Source: Azolla caroliniana (Eukaryota; Plantae; Polypodiophyta). From it: DNA of 64,000 nucleotides. Where the stretch lies: NCBI GenBank assembly GCA_043228905.1, contig JBHGNT010000022.1, positions 7,998,001 through 8,062,000 of the forward strand, given 5' to 3'. Below are positions 24,001-36,068 of this stretch, in pieces. Within the stretch, counting starts at the first letter, position 1. Each line of letters starts with the position of its first letter. A program made the position numbers and the translations under genes. The notes beneath the pieces are model-generated. The model ran no database searches. It saw only the letters and a program-made list of their open reading frames with translations, and was not told the DNA's origin.

Positions 24001-26396
24001 ACCTCTGTTATCTGCTCGAACCGCCTTCAGCTTCCGACCGGTTTCTCTTTCCATTCTCGCGTGGAGCTCTTTGAAGACGGATAACACCTGATCCTTTGTC
24101 TTCAGCGGTGTGGCCCACAGCTTCCGGCTGTGGTCATCTATGAACGTCACGAAGTACTGCGCTCCGGCATGTGACTTCGTGTCTACTTGACAAACATCCG
24201 TATGCACCAACTCCAGTGGTGCATTACGTCTCATCGGTGGCCTTGGTCGGAAGGAGGTCCGGTTCTGCTTACCGGCCAGACAATCAGTGCACTTCTCTAA
24301 ATGCACGTTCTTCACTGGGATGAGGTTGTCGTCTGCAAGCCTCTTCATCCCCTTCTCACTCATGTGACATAGCCTCTTGTGCCACAGCTCACCGGCAGTG
24401 TCGGAAGCCACGTTCACTTCTTCCGGACATAACCGGGTATTCATCAAGTACAGTGTGTTTACCTTCCGGGCCCGAGCCACAATCAGGCTCCCTTTGCTGA
24501 ACTTCATGACACCGTTCCGGATGCTACCCGTGTAGCCTTCATCATCTAGCCGACCGACTGATATCAGGTTCAGACGAACTTTCGGAACGTGTCGGACATC
24601 TTTCAACAGCAATTTGCATCCGGTTGGTGTTGTCAGCCACACGTCTCCTATGCCGACAATTCGGCATGTTCCTTCATTCCCCATCCGGACACAGCCGTGA
24701 TCACCGGCTGAGTAGGATGAGAAGCATTTCCGGTCCGGGGTAAGGTGGAACGACGCTCCGGAGTCTACCACCCAGGTCATCTCATCGCCGGCATGGTTTA
24801 TCTCACTCTCCTCGGTGATGAGCATCAACTCCTCTTCACTTGCCGCAATTGCCGTCGTTCCCTTCCGGTCCGGCCCCCTCCGGTCTTTACCGTTCCGGTC
24901 TGTACCGTTCCGGTTCGGGGTTTGCTTCGAATCGGTACCGTCGGTTTCCTTGTCTTTACGGAAATGCCGACAGTTCTTTTGGAAGTGTCCCGGCTTGCCG
25001 CAATAGAAGCAAGTAGGCCTCCCCCTTGACTTTGATCGTGTCCCCGACTTCTCCCAGTTCTGGGGACTACGGTTTCTATGTCTTCCGCGTTCCGATTCGG
25101 TAAGGAGCGCTTTGGAGTCGGAGCTCGTATCTTTGTCTTTCCGACGAGCCTCCTCATCTAGCAAGCTCGACTTTACTCTTGCTAGGGATAACCGTTTTCC
25201 TTCCGGCCCGGCGTTGCCCAAAGTAACAACTAATGTCTCCCAGCTATCCGGGAGGGAACCGAGCAGGAGTAGCGCTAGGAGCTCATCGGCAAGAGGTACT
25301 TCCAATGACGTTGCCTGGTGGATCAGCCCCTGGAAGGCATTCATATGCTCCGCCATGCTGTGGCCATCTTGGTACCGGAGTCTTACAAGCTTCCGGAATA
25401 CCGACGCCTGATTGACAGCATTTTTGTTCTGGAACATCATGCCGATCTTCTCCCAGAGCTCATGAGCCTTGCTCTCTTCATTGAAGTTGTTGTACAGGCT
25501 CATGTCGATGAAGCACCGTATATACGCCGTTGTCTTCATGTGCATCACCTCCCATATCGCGGCGTCGATTTTGTCTGGTCTCTTGTCCCCGAACTGAACC
25601 GGCAGCCAGAGGTCTTTAACCACGAGCATGTCCCTCATCTTCGACTTCCACACTGAATAGTTGGAGCCGGTGAGCTTGAACATGCCGCCAAACGATTCGT
25701 CCATTTTCTGTGTCGATTTTGCTCTGATACCGCTTGTTGAGAACTCGACGTTCCTTATGTCCGACGCTCGGCCACAACCGAGATTCTTTACATACACAGA
25801 AAAACAGGTAATGAAACGCGACACAAAAGAGGAGAAATGGTGCACAGGAGGTATACGTGGAAAACCCCAAAAAATAGGGGAAAAACCACGGCAGCCCACA
25901 AGCTGCAAACTGTCACTATGCAGAAATATACAACAGTGAGATCGCTGAGGCAACGACCTCGTGCTCTCATATCTTCGCCACAGGCGGCGGTTACAACAGA
26001 GGCAACGACCTCGTCTCTCTCTCTCTCTCTGTACAGTTACGTGCTCTGATTTCTTCTTGCTCCAACAATAAAGAATCACAACACCACACACACACTCCTC
26101 TCTCTCTCAAAAAAAAACTAAAAGTTTGCCCTAAGTCATATTTATACTAATGACTTTTCGGCTATTTACAAATGTAGCCTCGATGGGCTCCATCCGGCTC
26201 TCCGCAGTCGGGTACTCCCCGTCCGGCTCTCCGCAATCGGGTACTCCCCGTCCGGCTTTCCGCAGTCGGGTACTCCTCATCCGGCTTTCCGCAGTCGGGT
26301 TCTCCCCATCCGGTTCATACCGTTTCGGCCTCAGCCGAGTTTGTTCGTCGGTACTGTTCTTCTCCCTTCCCATCCGGAGGGACCTGTCTACCAACA
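21056..26396 (-). mobile_element. full-length Ty1/copia retrotransposon (young, two frameshifts)
   Basis: LTRs 21056-21632 and 25735-26396; TSD AAGTG; PBS CGGTATCAGAGC (tRNA-iMet type); PPT AAGGGGGAG; gag-CCHC-protease(DSGA)-integrase-RT(YVDD)-RNase H split over three ORFs. Confidence 0.95.
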
Positions 26397-29300
26397 AAGT
26401 GTTCCTTTCAGAAGACCTTTTAGTAAAAGAATCTTGTAGGCCAGAAGTGTTCAAAAAAGCACTTGATAGCTCACAAAACCTTATTGTTACCTTGAGGCCT
26501 TATATACAAGGCCATGTAACTCTAAGAGATGAAGTGCCCTCCCCATTGAAGCCAACAAAAAAGGTTTCCAAAGTCCAGTCAAGACCAGCAAAGAAGAAGA
26601 CAACGAAAATGTCGGATACGGATTCAACAAGTGAAAATGAAGAGGAGGATAATAAGGGGACGCCAGGAGCTGAGCTGGCCTCGGGTGTTTTGTCATCCGA
26701 GCAGAATAAAATAAGGAGAGAGTTAATGCAACGGAAGCTGGTCAGGAAAGGGCAAGTATTTAATTTACCTATAACACACATCCATCGGCCCCCTATTGAT
26801 GAAAAAACAGGTCGAAGACCACTTGAGATTAGAGAGCCTCACCGAATGCATGTTCAAAATCTCAAGAAAAAAATGAAAATTAATCCTCATGCCACTGTGG
26901 TGCCTTTTATTGTTATGGTAGATCCTGAAGAATGTGAAACCATTGAAGATTTTGATATTAGAAAACATGATCAATATAATTATTTTGTCATTGGTGGATC
27001 GCATTCAGCAGAGGCACGTCGGCAACTTGTGAGAGAACATCCAACGACTTTCTTCTTCAAGTATGCCGAGTGCAAAATTTATGTTGGGCTCACCACCGAA
27101 GAGGCTAAGTTGTTGGCATGGGACCATAATAATGATAATGACTATAGGCAGAAAATGTCATCCATTGAGCGTATACGGTTCTTCTACCACGAGTATTTAG
27201 ATGTGAAACAAAAGTTTGGTGTGAAGTTACATCTAGGCCTTCGACGTCAATGTTTGCATGAAGTCGGCATTGTGGTAGATGATAATGTTAGGTCCGATGG
27301 TCTTCGAAAGTATGAGTCTTGGTTTCAATTGGCGTTTAGAGATGGAGAAGTATGGAACCTACAAGATCAAATCTTCTCAATGTGGGAGAATAAGGAGGTA
27401 AAGGGTCAATGACAAAAGAAATGTAGGGTTGACCCTCAACTAGAGTTAAAGTCACAAGCCGCCAAGAAAATTGACTTGACAATTGAAGAAGCGGCAGATG
27501 ACATGAAGTTGTCTCTATGGAGAGCGATGCAAGGTATTATGGACGAGCAGCTTCTTGTGTCGGTTTTGTCAAGGGTTGTGGCGAAAGATTTAAGCCTTGA
27601 AGAAATGGTCACTGAGTTCAATAAGTAAGTCCCTCAAATACTGAAATTGTAGTCTATCTAGTGTAATTCAAAGTTCTAATCTTGATTTCTAATTTTACAG
27701 TCATAAGGTGTACATGAAGATCCAAGAAGTTATGATGAAACAACTTGGATGTATAACTTGGGAACAAGTGACCGAGGATTATCCTCTAACGTCTTCGTAT
27801 AAGGCGTTATCAGAGTATTTTATTGCATTCAAGGATTGGGTTAGTATTCATGTTTTTTCATTACCCTTTCATCATATGTAGAGCTTGTATAATAATACCT
27901 GATGTCCTATTGCTTCTATTAGAAACCATGTCGAGGCAAGAAACAAGGAGAAGTTAAGGATATACACGATTTCCCTACATCCTTCCTTGCACATCTCGAA
28001 CGAGCCAGAAAAGAAAAGGATTGTCGCTTAGTCAAGGCGTACGAAATGGAGGAAGATGGCTCCTTTAAAAAATTTAGCCACAAAAAAGATATTACAAGAG
28101 ATCTTTACTATAATGTGGTTTGCGGTGATGTCATCGACTTGATCCAGAAGGTGCCAAAGAAGGAATATACGCTAATGATTGTGGATATTCCTTACGGATT
28201 TTGAATGGCTGGGTCATCATACGACGATGAACCGTTTAGGTTTAAACAATTGGAGAAGATGGTCAAGGATTTCGTTGAGCTAAAGACCGCATCCTTGTGG
28301 CGAATAGTTGTCTTTCATAGTATGGACCAAGGGTACTCGGTAGCTCAAGCTTTGAGATCTCGTTGCCATTGCATCGAGAACCTTGCATGGTAAGGATTAT
28401 TTATAGGTGTCTTTCACTATATTGCATTTCTTAAGGTTGTTGAATCTATTCTTAACTCGATGTATTATTTTTTATAAGATCAAGACCAATGTAAATAGAG
28501 GGCCAACTTTTCGGTTCGTTAATGCCATTGAATACATAACGGTTGGCTACTTCGATGAAATTAAGAAACAGAGAATCAAAGAGCATTCTAATGAAGTGGG
28601 AGGTTCAAATCTATTAGTATATCCAGCAGTGACTCGGAAATTGCGACATGTCACCACGACAGAACGGGGACTTGTCAACCCATACCAAAAACCTCAACGA
28701 CTCATGATGCGCTTGATCGAGATGTTTTCTGTCGAAGGAGACTGGATATTAGATCTCTTTTCTGGCACAGGTATTCCTCGAACTAGGGTAACGATTTTGA
28801 GATAACCAATCACTTTTTTTTCGTTTGACAACTAAATCTTCTTGTTACTTACATCACAGGAACTACGTTAGCATGTGCATTGAAGTTGTTTAGAAATACA
28901 GTTGCATTGGAGAAGGACGAGGACCAAGTTATATTTATTAATATGCGGATTAAGGCTTTGTGGGAGTGCCCAGACCAGGATGAGGAGGTCGGTGCAAAGA
29001 ACCTCGCCAATACAGAAAGGTTTCAACCTGCTTCGCGAGAGCCTATTCCTCTGTTAGCCGGCGAACCGGGGGAGCTAATAGAGCTTGATGATGAGCTTAT
29101 AGAAGATATTTCGTTGGCTCGGCTAATAGGGGAAACCAATGCATGTATAGCCGAAGACAGTTCTACACAAGATGATGAAGAAAATGACGTTGATGAATTG
29201 ATTGCTATGTAATAGACTCTATGAAGAATATGACACTGACGATTTGTTAAGATTTCACATTATTAATACAAATATTGGGTTTTACCTAGTGGATTCTATT

Positions 29301-30326
29301 CTTTATAATCTTCTATATGTTTCAATTTTATTTTTATATACTTGATTAGTAGATTTATGACATTGGTTTCACCACGTGCATAGCTGACTACCAAACTTAT
29401 GGAGAAACATGAACTAGTTTAAATGGAGGCTGATTTTGGTCCAAGCTAACCTTAACAGAACATGGCCCTATAATTGTTGCCATGGCTGTCCATGTTGTTA
29501 TTATGGATCTTTGTCTTCTATTGTTAAAACTATTATGTTTCTATTCCATTGCTGCTTAGATTGTGTAGTGTGTTGATAATGGTTCCAGTTGCGTTATCGT
29601 TCAGAGTTTGATCTTGTGTGAATCACCTAAGCAATAGAGTAGACCAATTTTAAATACATGTACGAAAGTCTAATAGGTTTGTTATTTCCACGACATTATC
29701 CTAAAGTTCACTGCCTTACATTGTGCACAATTATATACACATATGGTTTGATCTCATATGAACAAACTGAGGAATAGATTAGATCAACTTTAAATACAAG
29801 TATTGAATACTTTAATAAGTTAGTTGGAAGCAATCACTTATCCTAATGTGCACTATCCTACATTTTCCACAATTACATACATGCACGTATGGGTCAAAGT
29901 ATAAATTATATCTCATTTTATTAGTATGGATACAAGTACACCTCATATTTTTGTAAAACTTACCTAATTAATATAAGTCTTTAAGTTAGTGTTTCCCTTG
30001 TCACACAGTAGTGCCATATTGAGCCATAGTTGAACTTTATTATGCCTACATTAACTTATCAACATGTCTAAACTTACATGATTTCTAATGATCTCCACTC
30101 GTAGATCTATCATGTATTTTTATATTTGGAAATTCTCATCAAGTTGAGGAACATGTGATACTAGTGCATCCAATTTTTTTAGAGAGGGTGTATTTGCTTC
30201 GTTTTAAGAAGATTCTACAAGTGGAATGCGCAATCCTTCCACTTGTGAACGCGAACGTGTTTAATGTGATATCCCATGCTTTAACTCCTTTAAGATTCAC
30301 TTCTTGTGAAAAATTTACCAAAATTT

Positions 30327-30367
<41 letters not shown>

Positions 30368-30887
30368 TTTCTATTTTTCAGTCTTTAGTTGTAAAGTCAC
30401 AATTATATGATTAATAAATGTGTAGTGTTTTTTGGTGATCTCTATTTTCCTTTATTTGAAGAAAAGGCACAATTATGTTAATAAATGTGTGTAAAAGTGA
30501 TCACTATCGATGTTGGGCAAAGTTTTTTACCTCTACTGACAAATGTTCCCTACTTCTAATTAACCTAACTAGATTTTAAAAATTCTAACCGGCCATTTTC
30601 ATATGAGTAATCATATCATTCGGATCTTCTTGAAATTGAAAAAAATATTCATCACATTTAAAATCATATAACATGAACATTCATAGGAAAATTGGTAAAA
30701 TATTGATACCATTTATAACGAAGTTCACCATTTAAAAGAAAATTACTACACCATATTGAAACATCACGAATCATATTGAACGTTACATATCATAACAAAC
30801 ACGTTTGCGTTCAGAAGTGGACGGATCACACATTCGACTTTTAGATTCCTTTTATAATTGTGCAAATTTATGCAATATATAGAAAAC

Positions 30888-31042
30888 TTTTTCCAGCAAT
30901 GGTCGTCCTGTCCTTTTTTTGAGGTAGTGGGCATCCACATAAGATGGACCTATCGTGTCCCTATAGGGATTGGTATATAATAATCTCATATGTAAAAACT
31001 TCATAACTAATGGAAGGAGTTTTGTTTGGAATATATATATAT
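30888..31042 (+). mobile_element. very short 3'-end copy of the LINE at 1748-8948
   Basis: Matches 4160-4238 joined to 8873-8930, i.e. the state before the gypsy insertion; (AT)n tail; TSD ATATATAGAAAAC at 30875-30887 and 31043-31055. Confidence 0.8.
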
Positions 31043-34000
31043 ATATATAGAAAACATGTTACACCACTATCACATGTTCGTTAACCCATATAGAATTTGC
31101 TAAATTATTAATATTTGACAAGTTTCAAAGTAAAAAACAAGTACTTTGTTGAACCTTTTTAAAGTTGTTGATCTCCAAATACTAAATGTACTTAAAAGTA
31201 AGAATATGCCTATTGTTTATGAGTTTGCCAAAATTTAAACTTTCGAAATGTATTATGAAATATGCATAGTAGTTTGAAATGCTGGGGAAATCATGATCTC
31301 CAAATATAAGATGTAGTCAAGTATTGGACTATGAACATGGTCTAGATGACATTTGATCTCCAACTTTAACCATTGTGTGGAGGTGTAGGAAGAAGAAATG
31401 GAAGGTATACCTTTAGTTATTGATAATGTTGGGTGCAGTCAAATACTTAGTGAATGTTGCCGGATATAATAACTTAACCCAATGTTAGTAAGAAAGAAGC
31501 ATATAAATATAAGACCACACCCATACATATGTATTATATAATGGATATAGTTGGATAGTCATTATGGCACACCCAAAAGTAAAGTGAGTTCGATTGGTAG
31601 AACATATTCAATGATCAAAAGCATAATACGTAAAATTCGTGTTCATCTAACATAACATTCGTTTTCCTACGTTGGTAAACGAATGCGAATGTTATTTAAA
31701 CATTCTTGTGTTTTTTTTGTTTTTTTTCCCATATTTTTAATGTTTTTTTCCATTTTTAGGCTTATTTACCTCATAATAAATAGTTAATCCAAAAGTATGG
31801 TATTTATCATTCTTTGAGGGTGCTTTTCTTACGCGAATGATTGAAACATTCACAAATGCGAATGCACGTATGGTACGTATGGTTTATAATATGATCAAAA
31901 GTATACCTTAGATTAAAACGACAATAAGATTGAGATTTAATGTTACACGACGTCAATTATAACATGTAGCTCAAGTTATAACATCTATAGTAGCAACACA
32001 AGAGAAACAATATAAACAATTAATGCTACAATATAAACATCGATAGACATATTTAAAGAAAAAATATAAACATCGATCGCTTAGATTAAAATATCAATAT
32101 TACATCAGTGACTATTTTACATAGCTATTAAGATGTCTACATCATTATCATCTTCACCTCTTTGAGAACTCTCCTCACAAATTGCTTTAGTGGTATTGAC
32201 ACCAGACAGATTGTCAATCGTAGGGTCCTCTCGAAGGTCATCATCGAGATCAATCAGTTCCCTTAGTTCATCAGCTAATGGAGAAATCGGCTCATGGGAG
32301 GCCGTTTGAAATTGCTCGGTATCAACGATGTGTTTGGCCCCTACTTCCTCATCTTGGTCGGGACATTCCCATAAGGCTTTAATCCTCATGTTAATGAAAT
32401 TGACTTGTTCATCGTCTTTCTCTAGTGCAACCGTATTGCTAAAAAGCTTCAAAGCACATGTTGACGTGGTACCTATCATGAAAACATAATAATAAGTGCT
32501 TTAACCAAGTTACAGGGTTATTTTAATTGTGTAAACCATAGTATACATTATATAAAACTTTACCAGTGTCTGAGAATAAATCCAATATCCAATCTCCTTC
32601 ATTGGAGAACATTTCTAAAAGGTACATAATGAGTCGTTGAGGCTTCTACTATGAGTTGACAAGACCATGCTCAGTTGTGGTCACGTGTCACAATTTACGT
32701 GTAACTGCTGGATACACCAATAGATTCGAACCTCCGACCTCATTTGAATGCTCCTTGATTCGTTGTTTTTTAATGTCATCAAAATATCCTATAGTTATAT
32801 ATTCGATTGCATTCACAAATCTGAATGTTGGTCCTTTATTTACATTGGTTTTTATCCTGCACATGACAACGAAATAACCACGAGACATACGATATCAAGT
32901 TTAGCATGAATCAAATATTTCAAAATATAAATCAGGTAGTGGACATGTACCATGCTAGGTTCTCGATGCTGTGACAACGAGATCTCAACGCTTCTGCAAC
33001 AAAGTAGCCTTAGTCCATACTATGAAATATTACAATTCTCCACAAGGACATTGTCGTCATTTCTGCAAAATCTTTCACCATTTTCTCTAATTTCTTGAAC
33101 CTGAAAGGTTCGTCATCATATGTTGATCCTGCCATTCGAAAACCATATGGTATATTGGCAATCAACAACATGTAGTCTTTTCTTGGCAATTTCTCCTTCA
33201 TGTTGGCCACATCACCACAACATACATTGTAATATAAATAATGTGTGATGTCTTGCTTGTGGCTAAATTTTTTGAAGGTCTCGTCATTCTCCACATCGTA
33301 TGCTTTTACTAAACAATGGTCCTTTTCCTTCCTGGCCCTTTCGAGGTGAGCAAGAAACGATGTTGGGAAGTCATGGATGTCGTTTACTTCTCTCGGTTTC
33401 TCGTCTCGACATGGTTTCTAATGCGCAAAGGAAATAGATTTAAAAGAGTTACACAAAGAAAGATAATATGTTAATAATTAGGTAATTAAGTATGGGTTAA
33501 TTCGTACCTAATTATGTAATTAAGCAACAGAAGATTATGTGATGTGTGTGTATGTATGTGAGATTGTGAGAGTGTGAGAGGAAGAGAGAAAGAACACTTA
33601 TGAACAACGAGACAAGATGGGGGATGATTAACTATATTATAAAGCATCATCAAATACAAAAATACCCACAATGAGGTATATATACATCTCATGTGCAAAG
33701 GTGCACATGTGTGAGTAGAATATAGGTACAACGGTGTAAGTCCTATATTAAATGAACATGGGAGTGGAGGATCTACAATGTATCCCACTCAAGTACAAAA
33801 TCCTATTTAAGGCTTTAAGGTCAACACACTAACTAGATTCTATCAAGGTAACTACTAAGTTACGTGTGTTGACTAACTAACTAAATGTACTTGAAATTGA
33901 TATCTTAACCCGCCCCCTCAAGCTCAAGTGTGAGGCGTCTGACATCCGGTTTTGCTTTCGGCATTGTCCAGCTTCCGATGTTAGCTTCTGTTCGGCTTTC

Positions 34001-36068
34001 AACATCGACATTTTTGTGGCAGTTTCGATTCCTCCCCCTCAAGCCTGTAACGAAGTCTTGTAGCACGATGTCGGGGTAGTTGTGGTTCGTGCAGCGAAGT
34101 TGCAGGGACTAAGGTTAAAAGGAGTTGGCTATATATTTTATAAGGCTTGCGCACAATGTTAGAAAGATTAAGGATAGGTAGAACAAAAGTTAGAAGTAAT
34201 GTGCGAGCGACAGATGAGCATAGATAAGAGATAAGAGACAATGTATGATTAAAAAAGTGAAAATATATTATAAGAACAAGCTTTATATTACCAAAGTTAA
34301 CAAAGTTACATTGTCAATCACAAGATGCGACTTTTCTTTCGCTAAATTCTAGATTTGAACCCTTTGAATCCAACTTTAAACCACGAGCCTCTTCACCCAC
34401 AAGCTAACTTATTTGTTTGTTTATATTATTTTCTAACTTTCTCTTCCTTCCCCTTTTGTTTTCCTTTCCCCTCTTTTTATAAGTATTGCCATGCATATGG
34501 TAATGTGTAGGAGCATTGCATGCATGTAATGCATGAGTTACCTGTGATGCTTGATCACCATTTGGCGCACATGCATTGCATGTGATGCATGATAGCCATC
34601 ATGTTGATTTGAGCTCCCATGTATGAAAATATATATGTGATAAGTATAATGATAGATATAACCCTAAAACAAATAACCTAACTTAGTCGTGTATGCTTTG
34701 TGCTTAATATACAAGGTTGAGGGTTCAAGTCCTTCAATTTTACTTAATACAATATTTATGTTTATTCTTATATAGTCAAGCACATTCTTGACAACATTTT
34801 TATAAAAAAATAGCCTACCTTGGTGGTATATACATTGTGATTGGTTTATAAGGTTGTGGGTTCAAAAATTAACATTCCGAAGAAATCATGTTAATTTTTG
34901 ATCCATGATCTATCAAAGAAATATAAGGAATTTGTTGCTCCGCAATTTTTGTAGGCCCCTTTGTTGTTGCTATCACCTTCATGAATTGCAATATTATTTA
35001 TCTTCTTTACACTTGCAACATTGATGGTGTCACGATCTAGATCTTGGATTGTTGCTGAACACATTCTCATAACTTCTTCCGTGATGTGTTTTAAATCTGT
35101 CACGTCTTCTGTGTCCGAAGCAAGCTGGAAAGCTGGGTTTGTCTTCCCTTTTAATTTATCAGCTTCTTTCGACTCAGGAGCATCCTTTTCCATCTCACTT
35201 CTCTCTTGTTCTTGTGTCTCATGCCTTTTTGCCAGATTAACCTCCTCAGCTCTCTTTCGCTTCTCTTCCACTAGTACATCTTGTGCATTCACTTGGGCGA
35301 ATGCTGATAGTGCGTCTATTGGATCATTCCAACTAGTGAAGTGTCGTATTTCATCTCCCGCTCTTTTTAATTCATCCACTCAAACCTTCCCTTTTCTTGC
35401 ATACTCCATCAGACGCTGCCAAAAGTCAGATCCACCAGATGAGTCTTCTACATGCAACCCTAAGGTTGTCACGGATTCTATCGCTTGACTTGTTTCTCTC
35501 TCGACATCTTCCATTAGCTTTTTCATTCCACCTTTCCCGAAGTTGAGCTGGATTGGTTGTTTAGTCTTTGTCGAGTGAATCTTTCCATCTTGATAGAAGA
35601 TTTTATCATGATTAAGAGAATCCCTATGTTCTTGACAGTCTTTCTTTTGGTGGTCGACACTATCACACCACATACACCTTCAGACCATTCCACCTCCTTC
35701 CCTTGATGAAATTGAGCTTTGTCCCGATTCTAGCTTTGTCACTTTGATCTACAAGTCTTTCATGCCTTTCACCAATTCATGCAAGAGTGAATCTTCTATT
35801 TTCTTCTCTCTCGAGTCATTCCCCGTTTCGTCTCGCTTCTTCTCCGACAGCTCCATAAACCATAACTTTCTTTTACAAAAATGGGTGCAAGCCCTTTTCA
35901 CCTCCTCCCAATCTTCGGTAAGTCCACTAGGACTATTCTGATCTTCCAGAAGCATTCCCAAGTCTTTCCTGTCTTTAATATTAGTAGCTTGTAGAAAAAA
36001 TATTACTTTATCTGACATTATTATATTTCTATCCCTAACATTTAATTGCTCAAATCCTTCTGAAAACT

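Larger units (their letters stand above)
19884..29212 (+). pseudogene. ParB/Srx-like domain + beta-class DNA N6-adenine/N4-cytosine methyltransferase fusion gene (6 exons, ~974 aa reconstructed)
   Basis: Exons 19884-19918, 20641-21055+26402-27624, 27701-27839, 27923-28389, 28478-28770 and 28860-29212 join in frame (2925 nt). ParB-like YFVIGGSHSAEARRQL...EEAKLLAWDHN; motif IV IVDIPYG precedes motif I NPYQKP...ILDLFSGTGTT...ALEKD. Lesions: copia insert, TGA at 27410 and 28202, AG>AA acceptor at 28476-28477. Confidence 0.85.
15893..30261. mobile_element. Sola-like TIR DNA transposon carrying a transposase and a ParB-methyltransferase gene (copy 1)
   Basis: TIR AACACGTTCGCGTTCACAAGTGGAAGGAT(C/T)GCGC at 15893-15926 and inverted at 30228-30261; 4-bp TSD TAAT at 15889-15892 and 30262-30265; two divergent internal genes. 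Confidence 0.9.

Noticed and set aside
21473-25970. numerous antisense/alternate-frame ORFs in the copia element
   Set aside because: Shadows of GC-rich gag-pol coding sequence.
26150-27412. stand-alone 420-aa gene
   Set aside because: The first ~82 codons are copia LTR; the rest is exon 2 of the ParB-MTase gene ending at a premature TGA (Arg in copy 2).
19884-29212. bacterial contamination as source of the MTase
   Set aside because: Gene has spliceosomal introns, plant copia insertions and CpG-type decay, and occurs twice in plant TE context.
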